Counted from the first letter of the stretch, positions 48,794 to 59,465 are shown. The stretch is 64,000 bases of DNA from an uncultured archaeon (GCA_964608675.1 CAZSOZ010000002.1:96001-160000); one strand, 5' to 3'. A program made the numbers and translations. The notes: generated by a model from the letters alone, not told the origin.

Positions 48794-50032
48794 CTAACTT
48801 ATCTCCTGTTTTTTCTGTAATTCAATTAATTCATTCTCAAGTGCGTCAAGTTCATTTTTGTAGTCTTCATACTGCTCTGAATAAACATTCCTTGAAATAA
48901 TCTGCCTGTTAAAATAATCATCCTGAAGTTTTTTCATTAAAATCAAAAGCTTTTTTCTTTTTCTTTTCAAAAAAAGTTTTGACAAAAAAATTTTTCCCTG
49001 CTTAAATGAAACAAAAAAAATGTAAATGACAAACAAAATCGGAAAAATGTAAACAATTGCATTCTGCGCAATATAAAAATACAAGTATCCTTTAGGCTCA
49101 AAATCAAAAGTTTTTTCTCCTGAATTACCATAAGGGTCTTCAACAAAAACATTAACATAAAAAATCTCTGAATTTAAGTCCTCTGTAGGAATCATCAAAG
49201 AAAAAATTCCTCCTGAATCCACCTGCAGTTTTTTTTTCTGGCTGTTAAATTCAATCCAAACATCAGGTTCAATTACAAGAGAGCCGTCAGCAGAATAAAC
49301 AGGCTTAATCCTTAAATTCAAAGGCTTTCCAAAATTAAATTCCTTAACCAAAGGATGAATTAATTCAATATTAATTGGAACTTTTCTTATTTCAAAAGAA
49401 AAAGTATTGCTTCCGCCAAAATTTTCTTTTTTTCCAGAAGAAGCAACAACCATTAACTCTGTTTGCTTTAATTCAACGTCAACAGGAATTTCAACTCCTT
49501 CAAAAAAATAGATTCCATTTCCCTCAAAATACATTCTTCTCTTGAATCCATCAAAATCCCAGAAATAAACTTCAGCGTTTGCAACATTTTCTCCGGCATC
49601 AGTTAACTTAATTCTTACATCAAAAACATCTTTTCTAAAAAAAGAAGAACTTGAAGGAGAAATAAAATCAACCCTCAAATACTCGCATCTTACAGAAGAA
49701 TCAACGCTGAACATTCTTTCAATGGTTTCTTCTCCGTCATCAAGAATAAGAGTCCAGCTTCCTGCAGGATCAATACAAGAAATAAAATACTTAAAAGAAA
49801 AAAAATTGTTTTCATCAGGCTGAACAAGAAAACTGTCAATTTCCTTGTTTCCGGGAAAAGCAGTCAAAGTAATTGAAACTTCATTAGAAGAAAAACCATT
49901 CAAATCAATAAACTGCTCTTTAGAAAAACTTCCCTGATTAATTTCATAAGACAAACCAGAAACACACGAAAAAAACAATAAAAAGAAAACAAAAAACAAA
50001 AATTTTTCTGAAAAACTATTCCCACAAATCAT
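48794..50032 (-). CDS. Exported Ig-like protein with TM and SHOCT-like cytoplasmic tail
   Basis: GGGGG SD; signal peptide; 'LQDDYFNRQIISRNVY' tail; resembles the C-terminal half of 50016..52109. Confidence 0.75.
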   Translation of the reverse strand: MICGNSFSEKFLFFVFFLLFFSCVSGLSYEINQGSFSKEQFIDLNGFSSNEVSITLTAFPGNKEIDSFLVQPDENNFFSFKYFISCIDPAGSWTLILDDGEETIERMFSVDSSVRCEYLRVDFISPSSSSFFRKDVFDVRIKLTDAGENVANAEVYFWDFDGFKRRMYFEGNGIYFFEGVEIPVDVELKQTELMVVASSGKKENFGGSNTFSFEIRKVPINIELIHPLVKEFNFGKPLNLRIKPVYSADGSLVIEPDVWIEFNSQKKKLQVDSGGIFSLMIPTEDLNSEIFYVNVFVEDPYGNSGEKTFDFEPKGYLYFYIAQNAIVYIFPILFVIYIFFVSFKQGKIFLSKLFLKRKRKKLLILMKKLQDDYFNRQIISRNVYSEQYEDYKNELDALENELIELQKKQEIS

Positions 50033-52109
50033 TTTTGTTTCCCCCTGAATCTTCTGTTTTTTTATTTCTTTCTTCATTTGATTTTCTTGTTTCAGTTTTT
50101 TTCTTTTTTTTCTTTTCTTTTTTTGGCAAAGAAAACAAAGGAACAGCAGTATCATCATCAGAATAAGAACTTTTTTTCTTTACAGAAAAAACCTGTCCTA
50201 ATTCAGAGTCATCAAAAGAATTTTTTTGTTTTTTTTCCCCAAAAACATCTGAATCACTTTCTTCATTCAAGCTTTCTTTTTCATTAAATCCTTCTTTTTT
50301 TGCTTTCTTAAATGCTTCTATTGCAGAATCAATATCCCTTAACTCAGAACTGTATTTTGAAAGCAAAGAATAATATTGTTCATTTCCAATTGAACCCAAA
50401 TTAAAGTATTTATCCTGCAGGTCTCCTTTTAATTTTTCAAGCTGTTTTTTTCTCTTTAAAAGAGAATTCAATTGATTCATTCTGTTTCTTATAACAATAA
50501 AAACAATAATAAGAAAAACAAAAGCAAAAATTACAGACAAAAAAAGCAAAGGGTTTTCCCTAAAATAATACTCCAAAGTAAGTTCGCCGGTAACTTCAAA
50601 CAATTTACTAAAAGAATCCCTGTTTCCAAAAGCATCAACTGCCTCAACAGACAAAAGAAGCTGTCTTGCATCAGACAAGTCATCGTTGTCCACTACATAA
50701 GAAAAAGAAAAAATTCCCTGCTCTTTTTCAGAAACAAAAATATTTTTGTCATTCAGTTTAACAAAAACTTTTGCTTTATTCAAGGCTTTGCCGTTGTCAT
50801 AAGCCAGTTTAATTCTGAAATTCAATTCTTCTCCCAAAGCAACAGTCTGCTTTAAAGGCTCAAGCAAAAAAACATTAATTTGAGCGTTGTCAACAGTAAT
50901 ATTTAATTCATTTGAACCCCCATATTCAACTGAACCAATTTTTTTTTCTGCATTAACAATAATAGTTTGTTCCCCCAAAGGAAAATCAAAAGGAATAAAA
51001 TAAGAAAAAGAATACTTTCCTGATGCAACCATCTTCAAATCAACTTTTTTTCCATCAGGAAATAATGCAATTACATCAGCATTATCAACAGGTTCTCCGT
51101 CAAAAGAAACATTCACCAGCATTTTTAATTCGTTTCCCCTGTTATATAATTCACTGTAATCAGAAGCAAAACCAACATCCAAAAAAATAGTTCCTGCTTC
51201 TTTTGTGACTACAGCAGTTTTTTTTTCGACACCCTGATTTTCAAATTTGTCTTCTCCTAAAACCTGAAATTCCCAGATTCCCTGAGGATAAATTAAACTG
51301 GTTCTTTCCTCCAAGACAAAAAAACCGTTTTCATCAGAACGAATTTTTGATTCAAAAATTTTGTTTCCTTTATTAAAAGCAGAAACCGTAATAATAGTTG
51401 AAACCGGACTGCCTCTTTTTTTAAGCTGGCCCTGAAAAAAAATTATTTCTCCCAAAACATAATTGTTTTTATCCATAGAAAAATCCATTTCAAGAAAAGG
51501 GTTTATGTCCACCATAAAATTATATGTGTCAGAAACACCAAGTTTTTCAGCATAAATTTCAGAAGCATATAACTCTTTAGGAGTTAATTCAGAAACAAGA
51601 AAGCTTACTGCATAAATTCCGTCGTTAGCTCTGTTATCTGAATGGTTTCCGTCGTCATACATAGGAATGTCGCCTGCAAAAGTCCTTACTCTTACATTAG
51701 CTTTTTTTGCAGGAACATTATCAGCTTTAACTCTGGCTTTAAAAGTTATTTCGTCTCCTCTCAAAAAAACATTTGAGTCATCAGGAGAAAGCAATTCAAT
51801 TGAAATTTCAGCAGGAGCACAATCAGCATCACAATTAGAAAAATCTTCTCCTGATTCACAAATATGGTTGCCGCAACAATAATATTTTATTTGAGCCCTG
51901 CACAATCCAGTTAAACAGCTGTACTCCTTGCAGACTTCATTTGGAACATCGCCAGAACAAACCCCGCAGTCATTCGAACAAGTGCATTTGTCTTCACCTG
52001 AATCACATACTCCGTCATTATCACAAACAGAAAAATTAAATTGTTCTGCAAAAACACCATTAACTAAATAAAATAATAAAAAAATGCACAATAAAACCTG
52101 TTTATTCAT
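50016..52109 (-). CDS. Surface protein: Cys-rich repeats, choice-of-anchor-X-like motif, Ig-like domains, TM, SHOCT-like tail
   Basis: CDNDGVCDSGE..C..DC and CGNHICESGE; MYDDGNHSDNRANDGIY; 'LQDKYFNLGSI'. Confidence 0.8.
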   Translation of the reverse strand: MNKQVLLCIFLLFYLVNGVFAEQFNFSVCDNDGVCDSGEDKCTCSNDCGVCSGDVPNEVCKEYSCLTGLCRAQIKYYCCGNHICESGEDFSNCDADCAPAEISIELLSPDDSNVFLRGDEITFKARVKADNVPAKKANVRVRTFAGDIPMYDDGNHSDNRANDGIYAVSFLVSELTPKELYASEIYAEKLGVSDTYNFMVDINPFLEMDFSMDKNNYVLGEIIFFQGQLKKRGSPVSTIITVSAFNKGNKIFESKIRSDENGFFVLEERTSLIYPQGIWEFQVLGEDKFENQGVEKKTAVVTKEAGTIFLDVGFASDYSELYNRGNELKMLVNVSFDGEPVDNADVIALFPDGKKVDLKMVASGKYSFSYFIPFDFPLGEQTIIVNAEKKIGSVEYGGSNELNITVDNAQINVFLLEPLKQTVALGEELNFRIKLAYDNGKALNKAKVFVKLNDKNIFVSEKEQGIFSFSYVVDNDDLSDARQLLLSVEAVDAFGNRDSFSKLFEVTGELTLEYYFRENPLLFLSVIFAFVFLIIVFIVIRNRMNQLNSLLKRKKQLEKLKGDLQDKYFNLGSIGNEQYYSLLSKYSSELRDIDSAIEAFKKAKKEGFNEKESLNEESDSDVFGEKKQKNSFDDSELGQVFSVKKKSSYSDDDTAVPLFSLPKKEKKKKKKTETRKSNEERNKKTEDSGGNKNDLWE

Positions 52110-52113
52110 TAAT

Positions 52114-52977
52114 TCACCACAAACTTTCTTGATTTTTTTGTTTTTGTTTCTGCTTTATTCTTTCAAGAGTTATGCCTTTAGGAGTAATATTATAAGGCAT
52201 TAAATTCTTTGAATGATTACAGCAACGCATTTTTAGTATTTCCATTGCCCTTTTTCTTGTATTAGCTACTTTAACATTATACAAAACAATTACTCCGTCT
52301 CCTAAAAATTCTTCTATTCCTGTTCTTGAATAAATTCCTGGATCCTGTTCTGTTTCAGAAATAATATAATTAACTGAATCATACTGGTTAAGAGAATCAA
52401 ACATATGTTTTATGTAATACCTGTAATTCTCTGAATTGCCCATAAACGCAACACTCAAAGAAGAAAGAGAATCAACTGCAATTTTGTCAGGAACAAAAGG
52501 CAATTCAAGCTGTTCAACCTGCACCAATAAAGCTCTTCTCTGCTTTAACAAAGAAGCTTCAACACTCCTTGCAATCTTAAAAGGATTAATTTTAAGCATT
52601 GCAAATTTTTCTTCCTGTTCAAAAGCCTCCAAATCCCAGCCATAATTATTCTTCATATGCCTTTTCAATTTTTCTGCTGATTCTTCAAACAAAATATAAA
52701 CTGCTTTTTCTCCATTCAACAAACCATGATAAATTGACTGCATACAAAAAGTGCTTTTTCCTGTTCCGCATCCCCCTGAAACCAAAATAGTTGAACCTCT
52801 TTCAATTCCTTTAGCGCTTAAATTTTCATCAAACCTGTCTACTCTTACAGGCAAAAATTCAATGTCTTCATCGATTTTTCTTTTCTGTTTTCTTTCCTTC
52901 AAATCCTCTAATTCTTCTTCATCAATGTCTCCAGGAGCAATTTCCTCTTTTCCTGCAAATTTAATTCCAAACGGCAT
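52114..52977 (-). CDS. KaiC/RAD55-like RecA-superfamily ATPase (single domain)
   Basis: GGCGTGKS, FEE, VDSLS, EEFLGDGVI, ILKMR. Confidence 0.92.
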   Translation of the reverse strand: MPFGIKFAGKEEIAPGDIDEEELEDLKERKQKRKIDEDIEFLPVRVDRFDENLSAKGIERGSTILVSGGCGTGKSTFCMQSIYHGLLNGEKAVYILFEESAEKLKRHMKNNYGWDLEAFEQEEKFAMLKINPFKIARSVEASLLKQRRALLVQVEQLELPFVPDKIAVDSLSSLSVAFMGNSENYRYYIKHMFDSLNQYDSVNYIISETEQDPGIYSRTGIEEFLGDGVIVLYNVKVANTRKRAMEILKMRCCNHSKNLMPYNITPKGITLERIKQKQKQKNQESLW

Positions 52978-53100
52978 TAACCACACCCAACAAGCCAACA
53001 CAAAAAAAACAGCTTTCTCTAAGCATTTTATTTAAACTAATATAAAAAGCTTTGCCAAAAAAACGAAAAAAAACGCAAAAAATATATAAAAAATATATAT

Positions 53101-53610
53101 TCAGATGTTTTCTTTTTTTCTTAATTTTTCTGTTTCAATTCTCAGTCTGCCAAGCTTTACTCCTGCCAGATTAATTCTTTTTCTGTTTGTTCCAACAATG
53201 TTTCCTTTTCTGTTAACAAAAATGTATTTGTATTGATGCACAAAATTATTGAATGCAGGATTCATTTTTGCTTCCTTTTTTAATGACGCCTGAACTTCCT
53301 GCAAAGCTTTTTTTGTCTGGCTTGAATGCTCCTTAAATACTTCTCTTGCACCAACAGACACTCCAAAAATTCCAGAAGCTAAAGCTATAGCAAGACTTTT
53401 TTGAAATCCATGATTATTCATAAAAGAGCCCCCAAAACCTGCTGCCAATGCCGTTGTTCCTGTAATTGCACTTGTTTTAACACTTTTCTTAAACCTGTTT
53501 TTTTTATGAGATTTTAAGTATTCAATTGAATTAATTGAATTTTTTCCTCTAAGTTTTCCTGTAAAAGAATTTTTTCTGGGTTTTTTTATTTTCGGTTTTC
53601 TTGGTTTCAT
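53101..53610 (-). CDS. Basic orphan protein with Gly/Ala-rich hydrophobic hairpin
   Basis: MKPRKPKIKKPR start; SAITGTTALAAGFGG...LAIALASGIFGVSVGA. Confidence 0.6.
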   Translation of the reverse strand: MKPRKPKIKKPRKNSFTGKLRGKNSINSIEYLKSHKKNRFKKSVKTSAITGTTALAAGFGGSFMNNHGFQKSLAIALASGIFGVSVGAREVFKEHSSQTKKALQEVQASLKKEAKMNPAFNNFVHQYKYIFVNRKGNIVGTNRKRINLAGVKLGRLRIETEKLRKKENI

Positions 53611-53724
53611 GTTTCCCCACAAAAAAAACAATTGTTTTTTGAAATATTTAAAGTTAACCTAAAAAACAAAAAAAAAGGATTTGAAACATCTTATTATTAA
53701 ATTTCCTTTCAATATTTTTTTTTA

Positions 53725-54879
53725 ATGGAAACAGAAAAAATAAAGATAAAAGGAAAAGAAATAATTTTGGTTGGAACAGCCCATATTTCAGATAAAAGCG
53801 TTGAATTAGTCAGAAAAACAATTAAACAGGAAAACCCAGAATCAGTAGGAATAGAATTAGATTACTCAAGATTCAAACAGCTTAAATCAGGAAAAAAATG
53901 GGAAGAAACAAATGTTTCATACATAGTTAAATCAGGACAAACTTACCTTTTTCTTTTAAATTTAATGCTTTCAAACATGCAGAGAAAACTTGGAAAAGAA
54001 ATAGGAATAAAACCAGGAGCTGAAATGCTTGAAGCATTCAAAGTAGCAGAAGAAAAAGGACTGACAGTTGAACTTCTTGACAGAAACGTTCAAATTACAC
54101 TAAAAAGAGCTTTAGCATTCACAGGAACAAAAGAAAAAATAAAAATAATTCTTCATATTTTTTCAGGTTTTTTTTCTGAACAAGAAAAACTCACAAAAGA
54201 AAAAATAGAAGAACTCAAAAAAAAAGACGTAATGACAGAATTAATGAAAGAACTTGCTTCAGTTGCGCCCACAATAAAAAAAATTTTGGTGGATGAAAGA
54301 GACTTGTTTATTGCAAACAGAATTCTTGAATCAAAATCAAAAAAAATTGTTGCAGTAGTAGGAGCAGGACATTTAGAAGGAATAAAAAAAGCTTTGCATG
54401 AAAAAACAGATTTAAGGCCTTTAATGACTGTACCTAAAAAAAAATCTGGTTTAGGAACAGTGCTCAAATATTTTGTTCCCGCAGTATTTATTGCAATTAT
54501 TGGTTACACGTTTTACAGTAAAGGCATAACTGCTTCAATCGAACTGCTTGCATTATGGTTTGTGATTACAGGAATTTTTTCTGCTTTAGGAGCTCTTCTT
54601 GCAAGAGCACATCCTGTTTCAATTCTTACAGCTTTTTTGGCTGCTCCTTTCACTACACTTCATCCTGCTCTGGCTGCAGGCTGGTTTGCAGGAGCAGCAG
54701 AAATAAAATTTAACAGCCCCAAAGTAAAAGACTTTGAAAACTTAAACCAGCTTGATTCAATGAAAAACTGGTATTCAAACAGAGTAACAAAAGTTTTGCT
54801 GGTAACAGCATTAACAAACTTGGGCGCCACAATAGGAGTATTGTTTGCTTTGCCTTATATTCTAAGCATACTAACTTAA
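53725..54879 (+). CDS. traB: TraB/PrgY family protein
   Basis: LVGTAHIS, IELD..R, PGAEM, DR....T, VDERD, VVGAGH; C-terminal TM segments. Confidence 0.93.
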   Translation: METEKIKIKGKEIILVGTAHISDKSVELVRKTIKQENPESVGIELDYSRFKQLKSGKKWEETNVSYIVKSGQTYLFLLNLMLSNMQRKLGKEIGIKPGAEMLEAFKVAEEKGLTVELLDRNVQITLKRALAFTGTKEKIKIILHIFSGFFSEQEKLTKEKIEELKKKDVMTELMKELASVAPTIKKILVDERDLFIANRILESKSKKIVAVVGAGHLEGIKKALHEKTDLRPLMTVPKKKSGLGTVLKYFVPAVFIAIIGYTFYSKGITASIELLALWFVITGIFSALGALLARAHPVSILTAFLAAPFTTLHPALAAGWFAGAAEIKFNSPKVKDFENLNQLDSMKNWYSNRVTKVLLVTALTNLGATIGVLFALPYILSILT

Positions 54880-54911
54880 ATAAAAAAAAAGAAAAAGAAA
54901 AAAAAAGGAAA

Positions 54912-56024
54912 TTACAATTTTCCTATTTTTCTTGACTTCTCTTTAATTCTTTCCCTTGCAATTTCCTTTGCAATATGCCTTGGATAAGTTTCCTGTTCTT
55001 TTGACTGCCTTAAAACTAATTCAGTGTTTTTTTCAATTTTTTCTTTTATTAAGTCAAACATTTCTTTTTCATTTCCTCCTATGTATTCAACATAAGAAGA
55101 AATGACTCCTCCTGAATTAGCGACAAAATCAGGAACCACCCAAACTCCTTTTTGATGAAGCCTTTTTTCTATATGAGATTTCATGGGAATATTGCTTCCT
55201 TCAACAATTAATTTGGCTTTAATTTTTTCTACATTAGATGAATTAATTACATTAGGTATTGCTGCAGTAATAATTACATCAACCGGCAATTCAAACAATT
55301 CTTTGTCATACAATTTTTTTGCGTCATCATACTTGTAAGGAGTTTTTTCTTTCTTTAATGTTTCAATCAGCTTTTCATAATCAAGGCCGTTTTCATTGTA
55401 AATTGTTCCGTTAATGTCTGAAACAGCATGAATGGTTGCATTTAATTCTTCATGCAAAAATTTTGCAACAAAACTTCCAACGTTGCCAAAACCTTCAATT
55501 GCAATTTTTGCGTTGGATAAATCCAATTCAGCATATTTTGCTGCAATTTTTGCTGCCAGAAAAACACCATAACCTGTAGACCCCAATTCATGAGGAAGCC
55601 CTCCCATTTCTTTTGGTTTTCCTGTAATTGATTTTATGTCGCCGTTAGTTTTAGCATAGATTTCCATTTCAATTTCTCCCATATTAATGTCAGGAGCAGC
55701 AACATACTCTTTAGGAGAAACACACTTCAATGCTTCAGCAAAAGCCTTAACAATTTCTGCTTTAGCTTCAGGAATAATTTTTCTTGGATCAGCAACAATG
55801 CCTGATTTTGCTCCCCCAAAAGGAAGTTCAGCCAAAGAATTCTTTAAAGTCATCGCCCTAGCTAAATCCTGAACTTCTTCCACTGAAACAGTGGGAGTCA
55901 TTCTAATTCCTCCTTTTCCCGGACCCAAAGCAGTGTTATCGATTACAACAAAACCTTTCATTCCGGCTTTAGGACTATAAACCTGAAGAACTTTTTCAGG
56001 CCCAAGTTCATCATATTCCAACAT
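54912..56024 (-). CDS. Glu/Leu/Phe/Val dehydrogenase
   Basis: GPGKGGIR, MTLK, FGGAK, APD, EGFGNVG, EGSN, PDFVANSGGV; GGAGG SD before ATG 56024. Confidence 0.93.
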   Translation of the reverse strand: MLEYDELGPEKVLQVYSPKAGMKGFVVIDNTALGPGKGGIRMTPTVSVEEVQDLARAMTLKNSLAELPFGGAKSGIVADPRKIIPEAKAEIVKAFAEALKCVSPKEYVAAPDINMGEIEMEIYAKTNGDIKSITGKPKEMGGLPHELGSTGYGVFLAAKIAAKYAELDLSNAKIAIEGFGNVGSFVAKFLHEELNATIHAVSDINGTIYNENGLDYEKLIETLKKEKTPYKYDDAKKLYDKELFELPVDVIITAAIPNVINSSNVEKIKAKLIVEGSNIPMKSHIEKRLHQKGVWVVPDFVANSGGVISSYVEYIGGNEKEMFDLIKEKIEKNTELVLRQSKEQETYPRHIAKEIARERIKEKSRKIGKL

Positions 56025-56173
56025 ACAACAATTCCTCCAAAAAAACTTTTTTTTGCAAAAAAGTTTATCAAAAAAAACACCTTTTAAAATTTCATAAAAA
56101 TTATGAAAAAAACAAATATTAGAATCCAACAAAAAGTTTAAAAAAAGGAGTAAACGTCAATTAACAAAAAAAA

Positions 56174-56797
56174 TCATTTAATAATTTTTCCTGTTTTCAT
56201 GCACCACAAATATAAATCAAGTTCGCCTAAAAAAAGATTTAATTCTTTTGCCAGCCTGCTTAATTTTTTTTCCAGAACCAAATAATTTTTTTTATTCAGT
56301 TCTGCTTCTTTTTTTACAAGCCTGTTTTCTTTTGCGATATTCCAGACATGCTTGTCAATTATTGCATAATTAAAGTTTCCTGTATTCCTCAAAAAATGGC
56401 TTGCTTCCTTTAAACCCAAACCCTTAATGTTTTTCACCAAAAAATTTCTTTTTTCTTTTTCAGGAATTAAATTAATTAGTTCTTTTATATCAGAAAATTT
56501 TCTTGCAGAACAAATAAATGAAGCTCTTCTTGTATGAAACCTGCTTCCTGCTTTTTTGAGTTCCTTTGAAAGTTTTTTTTCAGGCAAAACAAGAAAATTT
56601 TTTTCTCCTATTTTTTTCTGAACCCTTAAACCCATTTCAGCTGAAGTATTTGCAGTCAACAGACAGAAACATAACTCAGAAAACCATTTTTCATTAGAAT
56701 GATTTTTGAATCTTTCAAATTCTTGTATTCTTTGCTTTGCTTTTATTCCGACTTCAGATTCCATTAGGTTTTTTACTTCAAAAAATAACTTTTTCAT
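56174..56797 (-). CDS. ogg: 8-oxoguanine DNA glycosylase/AP lyase (Ogg2 type)
   Basis: ELCFCLLTAN, KGLGLKEASHFLRN, IIDKH, LDLYLW..KTGKIIK. Confidence 0.92.
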   Translation of the reverse strand: MKKLFFEVKNLMESEVGIKAKQRIQEFERFKNHSNEKWFSELCFCLLTANTSAEMGLRVQKKIGEKNFLVLPEKKLSKELKKAGSRFHTRRASFICSARKFSDIKELINLIPEKEKRNFLVKNIKGLGLKEASHFLRNTGNFNYAIIDKHVWNIAKENRLVKKEAELNKKNYLVLEKKLSRLAKELNLFLGELDLYLWCMKTGKIIK

Positions 56798-56808
56798 AGG
56801 AAATCTCA

Positions 56809-57141
56809 TTAATGGATTTTTGATCCTGCAGGCAAATCCTTATCCAAAATTAAAAGAGAAACTTTATCTCCTTCTTCTGCAGCCAAAAGCATTCCCTGAG
56901 ACTTAATTCCTGCAAGCTTTTTTGGTTCAAGGTTTGCTATTACAATAATTGTTTTTCCCAGCATTTCTTCAGCTGAATAAAATTCTTTTAGTCCTGCAAC
57001 CAAAGTCCTTTTTTCTTCTCCTAAATCAATTGTTAATTTGAACAATTTATCTTTGCCTTCTATCTCTTCAACTTCAAGTATTTTTGCTGAACGCAAATCC
57101 AATTTCATAAAATCAGCAAAAGACACAAATTCTTTTTCCAT
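56809..57141 (-). CDS. Stand-alone tRNA-binding OB domain (MetRS C-terminal/Trbp111/CsaA family)
   Basis: DFMKLDLR, DKL, DLGEE.R, ANLEPKK..G..SQGMLLAA. Confidence 0.92.
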   Translation of the reverse strand: MEKEFVSFADFMKLDLRSAKILEVEEIEGKDKLFKLTIDLGEEKRTLVAGLKEFYSAEEMLGKTIIVIANLEPKKLAGIKSQGMLLAAEEGDKVSLLILDKDLPAGSKIH

Positions 57142-57183
57142 AAAAAAAATATGTCTTGTAATCTTTTTAATAATTAGTTTTTT

Positions 57184-57393
57184 TCAGCTTACTTCGTTTA
57201 ATCTTCTTACATTAAGTTTTATTCTCGAATTAGTTTCACAAATCATATCAGATGCCTTAAGATATCTGACTGCTTTTCTTATTTCCCTTACACTTAAATC
57301 AGTTTTTTCTGACAGCAAAATAACATCAAGTTTCTGGTTGTCTTTTATTTCCCTAAAAACTTTCAAGTAATTAAGCAAGTTCATTTTCACCAC
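57184..57393 (-). CDS. Small winged-HTH protein
   Basis: LSEKTDLSVREIRKAVRYLKASDMI. Confidence 0.6.
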   Translation of the reverse strand: MVKMNLLNYLKVFREIKDNQKLDVILLSEKTDLSVREIRKAVRYLKASDMICETNSRIKLNVRRLNEVS

Positions 57394-57482
57394 GAATTCC
57401 GCTTAAAAAAGGCAATAAAATAAAGCAATTGTTATATATAAATCTTTTGATTTTTTGTTTTAAGTTATTAGGCCTGCCTTTT

Positions 57483-58157
57483 CTAAAAATTTTTCGGCTT
57501 AAAGAATCCTTTTTTTGCAAAAAAAGTTTTAATGTGAACCATCACAGAACTCTTTTTTCCATGCACTAAATTTTTTCCTTTTTTTATCAGCTTTCTTGCA
57601 TCCTCCAAAGATTCTGCTTTAGGAATCTCCAAAAAAGAAGAAGCAATCTCTTCAGGAAAATGTGCATCGCTTCCTGCAGTTTTAGGGATGCCGTGAAATT
57701 CAGCAAAAGATTTTGCTTTGCAATTAAATGAATCAGAATAAACTCTTGCATTAAAAACTTCAATTGCATCAATTTTTTTCCATTCAGTTTTCAAAACAGA
57801 AAAATTATTCCTTAAAAAATCAAAAGGATGAGGAACAACAATCAAAGCATCCTGCGCCCTCAAAGCATCAATTACCTCCATATAATAATCCGGTTTAACA
57901 AATTCATTCATAAACAATCCAAGAAGCTCTCCTTCAATTTTTTTTTCTTCTGAACCAAAAGTAATTATTTCCTCTCCTTTAACAACTTTTACTCCTGCCT
58001 TTTTTCCCAAAGAAAAAATTTCATTCCAAGCTCTAACAGAATTATGGTCAGTTATAGCAACATCCACTTTCTTTTTTTTTGCTTTATGAATAATTGTCTT
58101 AGGAAGATTAACAGAATCCCCTGAACGAAAAGAATGAATATGACAGTCCAGCTTCAT
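57483..58157 (-). CDS. PHP-domain phosphoesterase
   Basis: DCHIHS, AITDHN, GEE, PHPF, IEVFNAR, GSDAH. Confidence 0.92.
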   Translation of the reverse strand: MKLDCHIHSFRSGDSVNLPKTIIHKAKKKKVDVAITDHNSVRAWNEIFSLGKKAGVKVVKGEEIITFGSEEKKIEGELLGLFMNEFVKPDYYMEVIDALRAQDALIVVPHPFDFLRNNFSVLKTEWKKIDAIEVFNARVYSDSFNCKAKSFAEFHGIPKTAGSDAHFPEEIASSFLEIPKAESLEDARKLIKKGKNLVHGKKSSVMVHIKTFFAKKGFFKPKNF

Positions 58158-58247
58158 TTTTTTATCACTTTTATATTTATACTTAAATTTAAGTTTTTAT
58201 TGCAGTTAAATAACTTATTCTTTTGAATATAAAAAGGTAAGGTAAAA

Positions 58248-59465
58248 ATGAAGGAATTAAGAAAGGATTTTCCTATACTGGAAAGAGAAATTAATGGAAA
58301 AAAAATAATTTACTTTGATAATGCAGCGACTTCCCTTAAACCAAAAACAGTAATTGAAGCAGTAAACAACCATTACACTAAAGGAACAGCAAACATTCAC
58401 AGGGGACTGCACAAATTAAGCGAAGAAGCATCACACGAATACGAAAAAGCACATAATAAAACAGCAGAATTCTTTAAAGCAAAAAAAGAAGAATTTGTTT
58501 TAACAAAAAACACAACCGAAGCAATAAATTCAGTAATGTATTCCCTTTATTTTTCGGATTTTTTTGAAAAAGGAGATAACATTCTTTTAAGTGAAATGGA
58601 ACATCATGCAAATTTAGTGCCCTGGCAGCTTCTTGAAAGAAAAGGTCTTATTAAATTAAATTTCATAAAAATAAAAGAAGATTTTACTCTTGATTTAGAA
58701 GACCTAAAAAACAAGCTAAACAAAAAAACAAAATTAGTTTCTTTAGCTCATGCATCAAACACTATTGCATCCATTAATCCAGTTGAAAAAATAGGAAAAA
58801 TTGTGCACGAAAATAATTCCTTGTTTTTAGTTGACGGCGCACAATCAGCCCCCCACCTCCCAATAGATTTTTCAAAACTAAATGCAGATTTTTTTGTTTT
58901 TGCAGGACACAAAATGCTTGGCCCAAGCGGAACAGGAGGACTAATAGCAAAAAAAGAATTGCTGGAAAAACTTGAACCCTTTCAATACGGAGGAAGCATG
59001 ATTCATTCAGTTGAATTCCACAAAAGTTCATGGAACAATATTCCCTGGAAATTTGAAGCAGGAACCCCTCACATAGCAGGAATGCTTGGATTAGGAAAAG
59101 CAGTTGAATATTTAAGCAAAATAGGAATGCAAAAAATCAGAGAACACGAAAAGAAACTCACAAAACACGCACTTGAAAAAATGCAGGAAATGAATTCAAT
59201 TAAATTGTACTGCCCTAAAAACACAGAAAAACAGGTTGGAACAATTTTGTTTGAAATCAAAGGAATTGAAGCACACGATTTAGCAATAATCCTTGATGAA
59301 ATGTCCAACATTGCAGTAAGAAGCGGAATGCACTGTGCAGAGCCCTTAATAAGTTGTTTAAATCCAAAAGGACTGGCAAGAGCATCCTTTTATTTATATA
59401 ACACAAAAGAAGAAATAGATGAATTCATTCAAGCACTCAAGACAATCTCCCAAAACTTCAAATAG
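58248..59465 (+). CDS. sufS: Cysteine desulfurase (SufS/group II)
   Basis: YFDNAATS, EHHAN, VDGAQ, GHKMLGP, EAGTP, RSGMHCA. Confidence 0.95.
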   Translation: MKELRKDFPILEREINGKKIIYFDNAATSLKPKTVIEAVNNHYTKGTANIHRGLHKLSEEASHEYEKAHNKTAEFFKAKKEEFVLTKNTTEAINSVMYSLYFSDFFEKGDNILLSEMEHHANLVPWQLLERKGLIKLNFIKIKEDFTLDLEDLKNKLNKKTKLVSLAHASNTIASINPVEKIGKIVHENNSLFLVDGAQSAPHLPIDFSKLNADFFVFAGHKMLGPSGTGGLIAKKELLEKLEPFQYGGSMIHSVEFHKSSWNNIPWKFEAGTPHIAGMLGLGKAVEYLSKIGMQKIREHEKKLTKHALEKMQEMNSIKLYCPKNTEKQVGTILFEIKGIEAHDLAIILDEMSNIAVRSGMHCAEPLISCLNPKGLARASFYLYNTKEEIDEFIQALKTISQNFK

